Source: Octopus sinensis
Lineage: Eukaryota
DNA: 64,000 nucleotides
Direction: 5' to 3'
NCBI RefSeq assembly: GCF_006345805.1
Contig: NC_043005.1
Coordinates: 83,514,001 to 83,578,000, forward strand
Shown: positions 1 through 14,755 of the stretch, piece after piece
Layout: each line of letters starts with the position of its first letter
Numbering within the stretch: the stretch's first letter is position 1
Notes under the pieces: model-generated
What the model saw: the letters and a program-made list of their open reading frames with translations, nothing else
Databases searched by the model: none
Told to the model about the DNA's origin: nothing
Program-made: the position numbers and the translations under genes

Positions 1-3
1 GTC

Positions 4-560
4 AAGAGTATATTATACAAGGCTTGTTTACTAAGTACACGGTTGCATGGTAGTGAGGTATGAGCCTTGAAAGTTGGAGATTTGAAGAGGGTAGGGAGAA
101 AAAATGAAGTGGGCACATGCTGTTGAATGTGTAATATTCTGATCATTTTTCAATCTGGAGTGAGGGGTCTTGTCTTGTGAGTTACTTGGCAACTTCATTA
201 ATGCCAGTGCCATGAAAAAAGCACCCACAACTCGGTAAAATGGATGGTGTTAGGAAAGACAACCAGCAATAGAAAGATGTTGGAGCTCAACATAGTCCTC
301 TGCATGACCAACAAAGCAGAAATGTGTTTAGAGAAAAAAAATTGGAAATAAGAGGAATCAGATGAAGTGTACAAAATAGATTATGCTAATACAGGTAAGA
401 GATGTGTATGAAGGGTACCAGTTGTTTAAAAAAAATGCCAAACATTCCAAGCGGATGGCCCTTGAGGAAGAAAGAGAGTAAGGAAGAGATGGGACGAAGT
501 GAGGAAGATTGATCTCAAAACGTTGAACCTAACAGAGGAGGAGATAAACATGACCAGTGA
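4..560 (+). mobile_element. Decayed RTE-clade LINE, C-terminal part of ORF
   Basis: Manual translation gives KSILYKACLLSTRLHGSEV*AL near the start and KKCQTFQADG..RKRWDEVRKIDLKTLNLTEE at about 430-545. The second peptide parallels the cleaner RTE C-terminus at 55863-56138. Stops and an insertion are present. Confidence 0.55.
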
Positions 561-3500
561 TGAAGCTCTGTCACTGAGTGGACTCATTGAATTTAGCAAA
601 TGGATGAAGAATGATGATGGTGTTATTCTATTAGACATTTCAGCCCAAAGCTTTGGTCAGCTGAGGTAAGGTCAGTAAAAAGTTGCCAACAGGCAGCTAC
701 AGAGAATCAAACCCCCAGACCTCTCAGATATCAGCTGAGTGCTCTGTACCATTAAGCTAAGTGGGCTCCCTAAGATCATGAAAGTGATGGAGACAGGGAT
801 GTACAAGACACATGCTGAGGTATTTCCCAACCAACATGTTCAAGTACTCTGCAATGTCTACATGCAATACAAATATAATTTATGCTCACTTGATAATTCC
901 ATATACTCCTCTCTCTCCAATCTATCACCCACTCCCTTTCTTATCAATGTACCTCCCTATTACTACTGTTTCCCTTCCATCACACTGCCTGCATAAAGAG
1001 GGATGATATTACAATCTGATCTACGGCTATTCAGCTATTCGATTCCCCTCTTGCCCTCACCATTTTATTTCAAGCCATCACTCCCCCCTCCCACTACTCC
1101 CTTCCCTATCATTTACTACTGACATCCATTGGTCTCTCTCCCCTCCATTACTCCTCACTTTCAGTACTGAGGTATTCTGTCCAACCCAGTTATGTCTCCT
1201 TATACTCAGATCAACTCTGCTTTTCTTCCTTTAGGAAATCTCAAAAATAATTACCAGATAAAATATTGAGATTGATATTAATCAGATAAAGCTCTTAAAG
1301 GTGGTGTCCCAACATGGCTGCAGTCTAAAACCAGTAATCAACCAGAATATAAGAAAAAGAAAAACACAAAACACTAAAATGAAAGCTTCACTCACCTTTA
1401 TAACTAGTACATCACCTTATATAACATTGTATTACTGTTTAGACCAGTTCTCTTCTTCGGATGGCGAAGCGGAAAATAACTCCAAGTTATCAAAACCAAA
1501 GCAGCTAAAACATCTGGAAGATAAAAAATATTTACAAGATTATTTAATCAGTGACAGATGATGGGATTTGAAGCAGGACATAGTCGAATGATGAGTATTA
1601 TACAATAGAGATCCTACCAAACATTACAAAATAAAGACCTCTCTGACTATTACACGATTCAGGTTATGGATAATAGTATACAATAGACAACATGCTAAAC
1701 ATTATGCAACAGAGGGTTTGGTTAATTAACCTGTGCATACAACAGATAATGTTGGTCCACAAATATTTGCTCACAAGGACAGCCTGAGGCTATAGAAGCC
1801 GGCTACTCATGTTGTTGCGTGGTGTTTGAACCTAGGACCATGGGTCTGTGAAGCAAACTTCTTGAATGCACAGCCAGAGATTTCTTCATAGTGTATCTAA
1901 TACTGTAGTGGTGATGTCAAAACTGAGTAGTGTTTATTTGTGAGTTTTCATAATACCTTTTTAAATAGAAACCATATTCTGAACAGTAACTTATTTACAG
2001 CACCAAAGGTGAAGAAGGAAATAGGAGGAGGGGGTGGGGGATGAAATTAGTGGGAAGGATACTCTGCTTATAAAAGCTTGATCAAATCAGTGACGCTGTA
2101 ATGGTCAATTTGCCAGTTTTGTTAAATACATTAGGTATGTTGGTGGAAGAAGTATAACTGTCCAGAACAGGTGTCAGCAAAGTGGTCAATATTCACTCAT
2201 GGGGATTTATAAACACCTGAAACAATTTTGAACATTGAGGGTGCTGAATTATTAGTGACTGAATCTGAAAGAGCAGAGTAATTTAAGAGTGAAAGTCACC
2301 CATTTCCAGCCAAATAGCAATGCAACAACTAGTTTTCACCAAACACTTACTACACATTAAATATTCTGACTATATCAATATCACTAAACTATTATTGTTG
2401 TTTGCTAATTGTGTTACATATTTTCATTTAAATTTCTTTAAATATTAATTAAACAGCAGTAATGACACATGCACATACACAAAAGAGTTGTTTGTAAATC
2501 AACAAATTTTTTTATTAATTATATTTTTAAAATTTATTTTAGAAATTTATAAGATGAGCATTGGTAAGTTATCGATGACCCCATGAAATGGGGACAACAA
2601 TTATAAGAACTTTGCTGACCCCTGGTCCAGATGCAAACAAAACATGTAAATGCCCCAATATTACCTTTCATTCCTCTGGAGTTAAAATAGAGAACCAGTC
2701 AAATACTGGGATTGATATTATCAAGTAACCCAATCTCTTCAAATTTGATACCTTGGGTCAAAGTAGAGTTGACAGAATCATAAAAAACACCAGAAAAAAA
2801 TGCTGAAGTATTTCTTCTGGCTTGCTACGCTTTAAGTTCAAATCCCACCTAGACCAACCTTAACTTTCATCCTACCAGGGGTGATAAAATAAAGTACCAG
2901 TCAAACACTGGGGTTAACAGAGCAAAAGGCCAATAGAATAAGTACCAAGCTTTAAAAAGGGAAAAGTTCGGGGGCTGATTCATTTGACTAAGAATTCAAG
3001 GTTGTGCCCCAGTATGGCCGCAGTCTAATGAATGAAACAAGAAAAAAGATAAGACTATTGAGGTCAATATAATCAACTTGCCCCACCGTCCCTAAAATTG
3101 TTGGCTCTATTTGAAACCATTACTATTATTACTAAAATCACAAGCTTCTCTCAATTTCTGAAAATTACATCTGCTTTCTATTAACAAACATATCAACAGT
3201 CTCATGAAGAAAGCTTCCTCCCCCCCACCATCACCCTGCCTTCCTCACTCCCAGCAGCATCACTACTCCCTTATCATGACAAGTACAACTCCCATTACCC
3301 CAATTATCCCCAGCCACCCCAGTCTGCTGGAATTCTTACACTCTGAAAACCCAGTAAGTTTTTCCTCCCCTGCCTCTGTCTCCTGTTGCTTCAAGGCTAT
3401 GAGCACTCTTAGAAACACTAGGAAAAGTCAGCCAGCCAAACATAGAAACCAGCCATCCCACCACAACTTCACTACTCTACTGTTAATGAGTTTACTGTTC

Positions 3501-5777
3501 AGCTGTGAACAACTGTAACAGCATCAGATGTGGTGCAAGTAACACTGATGTTTGATGCTTTATGGAAAGTACAAACGCCCCCAACAATACACTGTGTATG
3601 ACCAGCAGAAATAGTAGTGTCAGGCAAAATATTTTGTGGCATTTGGTTTTCTCATTGTCATGTGTTCAAATCCCATTGGGTCAACCTTGTTCCCTTATTC
3701 CACTCTCTCTCCCTGGTCAATTAAATAGGTGCCAGAGTTGATGTAACCAACTAAAACCCCTTCGTGTGGTGCCCCACCATGGCCACCATCCAAAGATTGA
3801 AATGAATAAAAGTTTATCAGAATGTATTTGGATTATGGAAGTTGTTAGGGTTCTGGATTACGACGAGGACATTCTTCAGTAAAAGCAGTAACTTTTATAA
3901 TATTGATGAAGAAAATATGGGAGGGAATGAAAGGAAAGGGAGAAAGAAAATGAAGAAAAATAAAGAACAGAAAGAAGGAAATAGGGAAAGAAAAGAATGA
4001 AGGATATGAAGAAATTAGGAAAAAAATAGAAAAAAAACAGGAAGGAAAGGGAAAGAAAAGGTGGGGGGGGGAGGAAGAGAGAAGACAAAATGGTAAAAAG
4101 GCAAGGAAGAGAATAAAATGTGTGGCTGTGTGGTAAGAAGTTTGCTTCCCAACCACATGGTTCCAGGTTCAGTCACAGTCCATGGCACCTTGGGCAAGCG
4201 ACTACTACTATAGCCTCAGGCCAACCAAAGCCTTGTGAGTGGATTTGGTAGAAGGAAACAAAGGATACATACAGACAGACAGACACAAACAATAGTTAGA
4301 AGAAAAAGAAAAGAAAGATATATCAGGCTTTATATTGTCCGTGCAGACCTTTACACTGAGGTCTGTTTCAAGGAAATGTTTTGTTTTTTCTTAGAAGAGC
4401 AAACAGAAGAGCAACTGTTTGCAAGATTGATTTTGTGGCACAAATAGCACAAACTACAAATACTACATTCTCTATGGATTAATATTCATCTACACACGGA
4501 CTTTAAGACAGTGAAAAGACATATTTTTAGACACAGAATAACCGTTTAAGCTGGTGAAAAGACATTTTTAGACACAGAATAACAAGGACATTAATGATTT
4601 ATCTTAGTGCAACAGGGACAACAGGGTCAACTGTTGAGGGGAACATTACCAGAATATATTATGAAAACAAGAGAGGTTTTAGATGGAGGATGATAAGAAA
4701 ATGACGGAAACAAAAAGGAAATAATAATTGAAACAACTTCCATAGTAACAGGTGAGATAGTAAAAACAATCTCAGTAATAATAACAATGATTCTAACAAT
4801 GAGAGGAAGGGGAGGGTGATTACATCAACCCCTAGTGTGTGACTGGTATTCATTTTATTGACCCTGAAAGGCAAAGTCAATCAATAAGACTAAAAACTAT
4901 TAAAGGCCACAGATCAATGCAGTTCTAGCATGGCCACAGTTCAATGAATGAAACCAGTGGCAGAATTGGTAGAGTAGACAAATGCTTTTTTGGTATTTCG
5001 TTAACTCCCTTTATGTTCTAGGTTCAAACCTCAGCTTTGGTCAACAATGCCTTTCATCCTATTGGAGGTGATGAGAAATATTAGGACCAGCATAATTGAC
5101 TAGACCTTAAAAGTCAGTACCCCAGGGACACAGTCCGATGACTGAAATCTATAAAAGAACAAGAAAGTACCAGAACAACAAAGTAGGAAAAAAATACCTG
5201 AAGGTCATATCTCCAGGCTTGTTTGTTTTATTAAACTCAGACATCCAGAATATTCTAGAGAGGCCTTTAGTCAACAGGTTTTGGGATCTGATGATACACC
5301 ATAAAGCTAAACCCTTTATGGATGTAAAACCTAAGGTAATCCCATAAACCGGCCTTATCTAACTTTGATATATACTGGTCTATAACTTAGTGTGCTTCTT
5401 TTATCAGATTTATGTTTACGGGCAATATGTGTGTGTTTGTGTGTATGTGTAAGAGAGGGGGAGGGAGGGAGCATCAAAGGTCTGCTGTAAAACATTTAAA
5501 TAATTTTTTTATAGTGAAATATGAAGAGCCATTATTAGGTACAAAGTATTAACGGTTTTGATTCCAGCACACATGAGCCTACACTTGGTTCAATAGAAAT
5601 ATATTAAAGAAAAAAAAAATTGCAGTGAGTTTAAAATTCAATTTTTAACAGAAACAATCATCATAGAGGGATAAAAAAGAGATAAACTTAGCAGTGTTGT
5701 CATTTAGCTTTAGGTTGACTCTGGCTGAGCAGTCCTAAGATCAAAGGTGTTCTTTGATCAATGTTTTCTTTTAGACA

Positions 5778-6480
5778 TACAAGGTGGTAGCAAGAGGTTG
5801 CCCAGACTAGATATGCCTAATAATAACTTATTTACCAAAGTTTTAATAACATTCTCCCTCGAAATAGTCACCTTACACAACAACACACTGGTCCCAGCAT
5901 TCCTGTCACATTTGGACTCCAGCCTGGAAGTCGTTTTCTGTAAAGCGAGTCAAGGACCTTCTGCAATTTGCTCTGGATCTCAACGGCAAAACTTTGAGCT
6001 GGGGAAGAGACAGAAGTCCACAGGCGCTAAATCTGGTGAATAGGGTAGGTGCAGAAGTGATACTGTGTTGTTTTTGGTGAGAAGCCCACGAGTGAGGAGA
6101 GTTCAGTAACAAGGTGCATTGTTGTCATGAAGAATCCAATACTTTGTGCTCCACAGATCCAGATTGCTTTCACCAAATGTCCTCCTTCAAATGCTTCAAG
6201 ACATCATTGATTGATTGTCCTCTGATGATCCTCAGGCACAAGCTGATGAATTTTCTCCACAATGGGTGGAACACTTGTGGCAGGTCTTCCAGGGATATTA
6301 TTCTGCATTTGAAGCACATGTGCCACTTGAAACATTGTGTATGACCCATTGCCTCATCACCATAAGTTTGCCAAAGCATGCTCAATGCCTCTGTAGCAGA
6401 CTTCCCAAGTTCAATGCAAAATTTCACATTGGCTTTTGGTTCCTGTCCATGACAAAATCGCAGACTATAATATACATGTG
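5778..6480 (-). mobile_element. Degenerate mariner transposon relic
   Basis: Minus-strand peptides MKFCIELGKSATEALSMLWQTYGDEAMGHTQCFKWH (HTH), WILLHDNAPC and HLPYSPDLAPVDFCLFP are mariner motifs. Frameshifts and deletions are present. Confidence 0.85.
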
Positions 6481-6933
6481 ATCAACAAAATATTTCTATT
6501 ATGTTAAAGACATTTTAAATACTGCAAACCAGGGGATTGTTTATATTATATTACTGACAAAGCACTTCAGAAAATGAATTTCTTCAGACAGTATTGTTAT
6601 AGAAAGAATCGGGTTACATAATAACCCTGTACAATAAATCTTAGTGGTGACGGGTACTAAAGTCAGAGTTGTAAACTAGCATATTGACTGGAAAGTATCT
6701 GTTATCACAACTGTATATCTTATTTATATTGTTATCTCTAACATCTCTGAAATTGAGATGTAACCAGGGTGTCAATTACAGCTAATAAAAATAAGATCTT
6801 TCAGTGTGGTTTGCATTAGAAGCATGCGGCTAGGGGCTCAATCCCACTGTGTGAACAGTATTGGATAGCATTCAATACAATAGCCATGTTTGGGTCGATG
6901 CATTGTGTGTGAAATTGGTAGATAGAAACTGAA

Positions 6934-7152
6934 AGGCGGTGGCGAGCTGGCAGAAATGTTAGCACGCCGGGCTAAATGCTTAGCAGTATTAATGTTCTGA
7001 GTTCAAATTCCACCAAGGTTGACTTTGCCTGTCATCCTTTCAGGGTTGAAGTACCAGTTACGCACTGGGGTCGATGTAATCGACTTAATCCGTTTGTCTG
7101 TCCTTGTTTGTCCCTTCTATGTTTAGCCCCTTGTGGGCAATAAAAAAATAAG
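6934..7152 (+). mobile_element. SINE family B (GGCGGCGAGCTGGCAGAA head)
   Basis: tRNA-like head with a GTTCAAA B-box and central GACTTTGCCT..CATCCTTTC..GGGTCGAT..GTACCAGT. Near-identical copies occur at 37455 and 42610. Confidence 0.8.
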
Positions 7153-10100
7153 AAACTGAAAGAAACCTGTTGTATGCATATGTGTGGTGTGTGAGTGTGT
7201 GTATGCATGTATCTGCTTGTGTGAATGATTTCATATTTTCTTAAATGTGTCTTGACTATAATCAAAACACACTTACTATCAAACACAAGCAGTGCTGTAT
7301 GCTTACAATCAACTGCAAAAGGCCATCCAAGCTTTGTGAGATGTCTTGACATGGTGTGTGAGATTTTTGTAAAAAGAAGGAAAAAGACTTGTAGCTATGC
7401 CTAGGATGTTTGGTGTTTGTCAGACTAAGTAAGGGGTTATTACTTTGCTTGGAAACAGATGAGGGATGTTGACAAGAAGGGTGTCTGGACATAGAAAATC
7501 TGCATCAATAGATTCCATCTGATCCATGACAGAATGGGAAAATAGATGTTACAACAAATATGATGATATTCCAACGATGGCATATTAGTATATAAATCAG
7601 GAGTGGAGTGGCGAGCTGTAGCAGGCTAGGCCAAATACTACATAGTAGTAGTAGTAAATATGACAAAATGCCTTGTGTTATTTAAGTCACTTTACATTCT
7701 GAGTTCAAACCCTGTCTAGTTCCATTGACACTTCCACATTCAAGGGTCTATAAAACAGAACAAGTTGGTGAAAATAACTACTGGGGACAACAATCAACTC
7801 TATCTTCAAATATGGCAGAGCAACATAAACACAGCTCAATAGCTGAATCATCTAATTAAAGTCTATTTTCCATGCTGGCAGAGGTCAGATGGTTCAATAT
7901 AACCAACGAGCTAACTCCAATGCTGTTTTAGTCTGGTTTCTGTAGCTGGATGGATTTCCTAATGCCAACTGCTTTAAAGGGCATACTGTGAACTTTTTAT
8001 GTACTAGGGAGGTCACCAAGTAACTCTCAAGACATGACTCCTCAACTGAGGGGGTGTAGTATTAAGGGAGGTGGCTTTGTACCAAATGATGAAAGGTTAA
8101 AATTTAACAAAGGGACAAGAACAGCCGGCTTGCCATGGAAAAGATACACGACTACCCCTACTGAAAAAAGAAAGGTGGTGGTGGTGACAAGGTGTCATGG
8201 CATTCTCTCGAGGTAGAGGTAGATGAATCTAAGTGGAAAAGCGGATCAGACAGGGTGAGTGGATGGGTTAAGTTTGCAAGAGTGTGAAAGGAGAGTGGCA
8301 GATGGATAGAGATGAATGCATATGTTCAGAGTTCAAATTCTGATGGACTTTGCCATTCATTCATCTTAATGAATTTGATGAATTAATCAGGCAGACAGTG
8401 GTACCGATTCAATAAACCACAACCCCCACCTCCACCACTTCTCTCTCCTCCTCTCTGACACAAATGTGATTCCCCCACCTTGTGCCAATATAAGAAATCA
8501 TTTGATTTTAAAGTTTATGCTTTAATGTTAATTTATCTTCTCAAACATTAGTCACCACCAGCTTTTGACAGACGAATATTGTCGAGACATTTGGATGCCA
8601 AACTTGCAAAATTACATTTTTAATATTCTCAATCTTCAAAATCATAAGATTTCATTAAATCATCCTAATCTATACAATTCTCTTCAGATATTAATTTTGT
8701 TTTGCAACTGTTCTATGTCCAGTTTAGCATATGAACAAATGGATGAAAGAAGTGAGTGAATTGTGCAGATTTGTGCATTTGCATAATTCCAGTGCAGCTG
8801 TTCTCTGTCAGACAAAGAAGACAATGGTAATAGTCACAAATGAGGTTTTCCATGTAGAACAGGTTTACCACACACACCCAAGTACAAAATGCAGACATGT
8901 GTGCACACACACTGTTTTCCATCCATTTGTTCTATACTAGCGTTGATGTGTTTATTTCTGTAGAAATCATTTGTGTAACTATATAGCTTTCTGCTAATCA
9001 TTCAACCATAATGAAAGCATCAACATAATCACTCAGTTGGCAAGAAATACATTCGACCATCTTAGGATAGAAAATAACATCACATAATGTGGTCCAGGGT
9101 GGACTATGCCAGAGTAAGAAATGAAAAACATGAGATTAAACTACATCAATGAACCAAGAGTGCTTCTATATAGTTTTTTGATTTGCTAGAAATAGTAGCC
9201 AAATCTCACTGAAATTACACCCTACCCTATCAGCTCAAAAAAAACAAAAACACATTAGATAATGTACTCATAGATTTAGTGTGTCTGAAACCAGTCAAAA
9301 TGATTAAAGCTGTAATGTCTTTCATCAGAAGCCTACTGGTTCAGGGCTTTGTCAGCCAGGCGAACTGGTGATGAGGAGATGGACACTGCATATCCATCAA
9401 ACTTAACCCTATCACTGCCATTATGTTTCCCTGTTATTGTAGCTTCGATAGTTTCAGTCATCATACTAATTAGCATCAAGATAACATTGAAACCACTGCC
9501 AAGAGAGCCGAATCACTGACACTCTAATCCTCAGAGATCTTGCACTTAAAATGTCCCCAGGATGTTCCTATTATGTACCTCAGGACACTGACTTCACAAC
9601 AGATGCATGGCAGTTCAGCATTTGAGATCCATTTTCCATGCTGGCATAGGTTGGATTGTTTGACAGAATCCAACAAGCTCCACTGCTTGCTCTGGTGTGG
9701 TTTATATGACTGGATCCCCTCCCTAATTCCAACCAATTTACAGAGCATACTAGGTCTTATTCCAAGGTACCAGCACTAGTGAGGTCACCAAATAATAGAC
9801 AATACAAAGTGGAGTTGTAATAGACAGGTGCAATTATGCATAAATAAAATGACTCCAATATTTCATCAAAACTATATCAACAACTTTAGCATCTTTTAAG
9901 AAGACTTTTCAGTGTTTCAGTCACTGGAATGTAGCCATATGAGAGTAACCTTTGCAGGGTGTTTAGTCAAATGTATTTTATTGATCTCTCAAGAATGATG
10001 GATAACTTTGGTATAAAGAAACATAACTAGACATCACAAAGTATTTGTTCACTGCACAAATTTTGTCTGGGCGCAACTAAGCATATATACAATATCATCA

Positions 10101-11278
10101 TTTTTTGTCTGCTTTCCATGCTGGCATAGGTAGGATGGTTTGACAGAATTCAATGGGCGAGAAGACCACATCTTCCACCAATGTCATTCTAGCATGGTAG
10201 GCTTACCTAACATACATGTATACATATACTTATGTAGAGAGAGTGAGAGGGGGAGAGAGAGAGAGGAAAAGAAGCTTAGAAGAAATGTTTTTTTACTTTC
10301 TCGTATGTAGTTCATTATCATTTATATTGTTATATAGTTTGTCAGAAAGAAAAGCTTTCTGGTATTTAAATTTATTTCAGTACTTCAGGAAATGAAGATG
10401 ATATGTATATTTTCATATGTAGACACAAAGCCACACCAGAATCCTACAAATTTGTTAGTTCTCACAAGAGAACTTAATGAACCATTTCAAATTCAAAGTA
10501 ACAACATACTCTTATGTGAAGAACATGATAATGAAGCATTTGAAAAATCCAGAAACACAGAGAGCATGTAAAACACACACACACACACATGTACGACAGT
10601 ATGAATCAGAAATAGTGAAATTGAAATATTAGGAAACTTCTAATAGTGATAATGAAGCAAAATCCTATCTGTCCATCTGGAACTGCTGTATCTCAGTCTA
10701 GATTTGCTCTACATAGACTTTTTGAATCAGGATGATCCCAGGATTAAAATTCTGCCCTTCATTTGGTTCTTGAACATCCAGCATTGGGATCTGATTTAAG
10801 AGCATTTGGGTTGCTATTTCTAGCAGGTAAAGCTTGGCTGATTTATGCCATCTTGGTTGGTGTTTATCAGAGGACATCAGAGATCAAGGGGGAGATAAAT
10901 GACATTCGCTTTGTTAATTTTACGTCAAGATAAGAACTTTGGGACAATTTGGCCAACAATTGGAATTCAACTAGGGAACTAGAACAATAGAATGAAAGAT
11001 TGCATTACAGAATTAATTCTCATCAATTCTTAACCTCTAATCAAACACCACCAGGACATATAGTCATTATAAACGTATCAGAGTTATGCCATTTAGCTGT
11101 CCTTAGTTTTGGCCCACAGGCCCAATTAGCCCTCCACAGGAGCTAGCTTAAGAGTCTGCATGGAGTGTGGCTTTTAAGCTAGTATATAACAATATAAACA
11201 TGTTCCTTGCATAGTTTTGAGAGACATAATCTAGTGGAGGTACAAACAAAATCAGTGCAGCAGACAAATATTTAGTGC

Positions 11279-11506
11279 AAAAAGCACCAACCAATCGTGG
11301 TCATTGCCAGCCTCCCCTGGCACCTGTGCCGGTGGCACGTAAAAAGCACCCACGACACTCACGGAGTGGTTGATGTTAGGAAGGGCATCCAGCTGTAGAA
11401 ACACTGCCAGATCGGAGCCTGGTGCAGCCTCCTGGCTTCCTAGACCCCGGTCAAACCGTCCAACCCATGCTAGCATGGAAAACGGATGTTAAATGATGAT
11501 GATGAG
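11279..11506 (+). mobile_element. 5'-truncated RTE LINE 3' UTR with (GAT)n tail
   Basis: Ends AACCCATGCTAGCATGGAAA..GTTAAATGATGATGATG, the same sequence that follows the RTE ORF stop at 56138-56690. Confidence 0.8.
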
Positions 11507-12896
11507 TTACATGCAAACACACACACACCTGATAAGCCGCCACAGAGATTTTATTTACCAAATATTACACACACATACAAGGCTTTGATCAACCCTAAGT
11601 CTATGACAGAAGATACTTATCTAAAGTGCCATTCACTGAGATTGAACTTAGAAGCATGTGGTTTTGAAGCTAAGCAAGTCGTACACAAACCCTTGCCATC
11701 ATGAAGAATAGTAACATCAATTGTTCCCAGTTAAATTTAGATGCCAGCATTACAACGAAATAGTTAAACTAATTTCATGATTTTTCACATTTTATGTTAT
11801 CTGTATGAACTCTAATCTATTTATCATCTTTTATTAGATTTCTGGACAGTTTTATATTTCATACAGTTTTGTTCACACCAGGGACACAATTTTCAATTCA
11901 ACTATTGATTAAATTTGATGCTTATATTATAACAACTGTTACTAAAGCAACAAAATATTTGAAGTCTTACTGGGAGCTGCTGCATGATCACGATCTGCTA
12001 GAAATAACAGCAATATCATTCTAAGATTCTTCTAACTATAAATCTGTATCTTTGTCAATTGGGAAACGCTTAAAAGTATAAAAATAAACAAATACATGGA
12101 TAGGGAGAAATTAAAAACTGACTAATCGTGACAAAACAGTTAAGTGCTTAAGTAAATGTGAGTGCTAAAACCAACCAACTGACTACAGAGGAAACTTCTT
12201 TTTTTTTAAATTTTATGCTACTATCAAGGATTCGATAATTAACACTAGCTTTCATCACAGTGTACTTCCTATGGAAAATTGTAGAATTGTAGTCAGACAA
12301 TTGACACTATAGGTGTGTTGGTATAGTTAAGAATTCTATTTATAAACCATCGAATAATTGGTCACAGATTGTGGAGTTTATACCTACTAATAGATTTGGT
12401 ATTGATGTGTCAAGGTAGCTAGAGTAACATGTTTTTTTTTTTGTGGTAGGTAAACATTGTGATTATTTTATTTTTATCTTTTGCTTGTTTCAGTCAATGA
12501 ACTGTGGCCACACGGGAGCACCACCTTGAAGGATTTTAGTCAAATTCTAAAGTTTAGTACTTATTCTATCAATCTCTTTTGTTAAACTGATAAGTTACGG
12601 GGACATAAATCAATACTGGTTGTCAAATGGTAAGGGAGGGGGGCAAGCACATATACATTCAATGAGCTTCCACACAGTTTCCGGAAGAAAACACTTGCCC
12701 AAGGTGCCACACAGTGAGACTGAACCTGAAACCACACAGTTACAAAGTGATCTTAACCATACAGAAAGTAATGAAACCAGTGATGATTTAGCATTAGTAA
12801 TAATTAATCTGTTGTAAAGATTCCAGAAGAGTTTAACCTTTTTGATACCAGTCCATCTAAGACTACTCCAAGTGCTACAATGCAAACATCTTGTTA

Positions 12897-13122
12897 TAAC
12901 CCTTTCGTTACTGTATTTATTTTGAGATGCTCTGTATTTCTTTCAATTACTTTAAATATAACAAAGAATTTAGCAAAATAATTTAGTTATCATTAAGCTA
13001 GTGTTAGGAACATAAATTGTGACAAAGGTTTGGTGGAAGATTTTAATTCAAAACTTATGAAAACAAGACATTTGTACTCAGAGCCAGAACCGGTTTCAGC
13101 CAGGTTGGTAACAAAAGGGTTA
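12897..13122. mobile_element. MITE with CCCTTTCGTTAC-type terminal inverted repeats (piggyBac-like)
   Basis: TAACCCTTTCGTTAC at the left end and GTAACAAAAGGGTTA at the right end. Related ends occur near 12833, 13635, 35273-35492 and 63896, some with TTAA flanks. Confidence 0.6.
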
Positions 13123-14710
13123 TAGTTAAAAGCTTCTGTCAAAATTCTGTGCTAATTTAAATTCCAAACACCTGCTTAATAATGATAAAGTTATTTTACT
13201 AATTTCTTCATTATTTAAAAAAGGAATTTGAACTGTAGGGCATAGAAATTTTGTTGTCTTAAGAAAGTCATACATCAATAACAACATATGCACAAATTAT
13301 TCAAATCCACTTGTTTATTGTTAGTCAGTTAAATATCTAAACAACTAACTAATTGATTGATTGTTTAACCAACACATTAAACGATCAATCGGTCAGTTGG
13401 TTAGACATTTAACTAACTGAATAACAATAAACAAGTTCAGTGCATTATAGGCATATTAAATCTCCCAAGACAACAAAAAAGGTAATGTATTTCTGCAGAA
13501 ATGTGATAAAAGATTTATGTAATGTTCAAAGGCATCCCAGCCATAACCATCCAGTCATTTTTTTTGGTTTTTTTTAATCACAGTAAATCCCAGACTGGAT
13601 CATCCAATGATGAGGTGGGGTGGGAGGAGCGATTTAACCCTTTTGATATCAACCTGTCCAATACAAACTTGTCTTTAAAATAATTTTAAAACTTTCCTGT
13701 CAATTTAATAATGAGAATGTTATTCTACTAAATTCTTCATTATTTAAAAAAAAAAATTTATACAAAAAAATAGTGTATTTCAACAGAAATCATCATTTAA
13801 CATCCATTTTCCATGCTGGCATGGGTCGGATGGTTTGACATGAACTTGTAAGGCAACACCCTGTACAAGGCTCCAGTGTCCATTTTACTATGGTTTCTAC
13901 AGCTGGATGCATCCATACTTTTCTGAGAACAAGAAACCAGTATTACTGCTTTGTACTAACACCACTGCTTCATCTTACTATCTCTCTCTTTTAAATGAAA
14001 GAAAACTCTCCACAGCAACTGAATTTATTAAACACTTCAAGGAACTCTCATAGATTATAATATTCAGATCTAGCATTTTCCTAAGATGATAGTGTTGCTA
14101 CAGCTGCCATTGGAAGACATCTGTCATGTAGTTGCTCAGCAGAGTTTTAAATTCCAATCCTCATACACTTGCCACTGCTAGTCAGTTATTTTCCCCGGGG
14201 TCATTAAAATATTTATCAGTAATACTCATTAAACCAAACAAGAATAAGCCACCTAATTATATAAAAAGAAAAAAAGACAAGTGGCTTTTATTATAGCTAT
14301 TATATAGTTAACAGATCTGTGTTGGTCAGTGCTGGTCAAATTAGAAGGCTGCCTAACAGCCAACCACCAAGGAATATTACTAGACATCATTCATCGCCCA
14401 GTCCACTATGACCAAGACATTTTCATATTGGTCAATAAAACCAGCTGTAAATAAGTATAGAGCACTGAGCCAACAAGAAAACCTCCTCTACACAGTTACT
14501 CAACTTGGTAGACATAGCAGTCAAATATCCCTAAAATCTTACTCAGTCTTAAACAAAGGGGATGTCTTTATAATGTATTCTTACACAGCTCTAAAAGACA
14601 AGTTGGACACAGAATGCTTTTGATCAGAGGATTGCTCAATGTTAGCCTGGGGCTGAACAATGCAATAATTTGAGGGAAGGTGTATAATTTATTTTTATAA
14701 GGGGAATGTT

Positions 14711-14753
<43 letters not shown>

Positions 14754-14755
14754 TA

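Noticed and set aside
880-1200. Pyrimidine-rich tracts here and at 3200-3500, 25100-25750 and 37100-37450
   Set aside because: Probably very old LINE remnants, but too degraded to assign.
3845-4197. Phe-rich ORFs, also at 31474-31882 and 37620-38144
   Set aside because: Low-complexity purine/pyrimidine tracts and SINE sequence with no domain signal.
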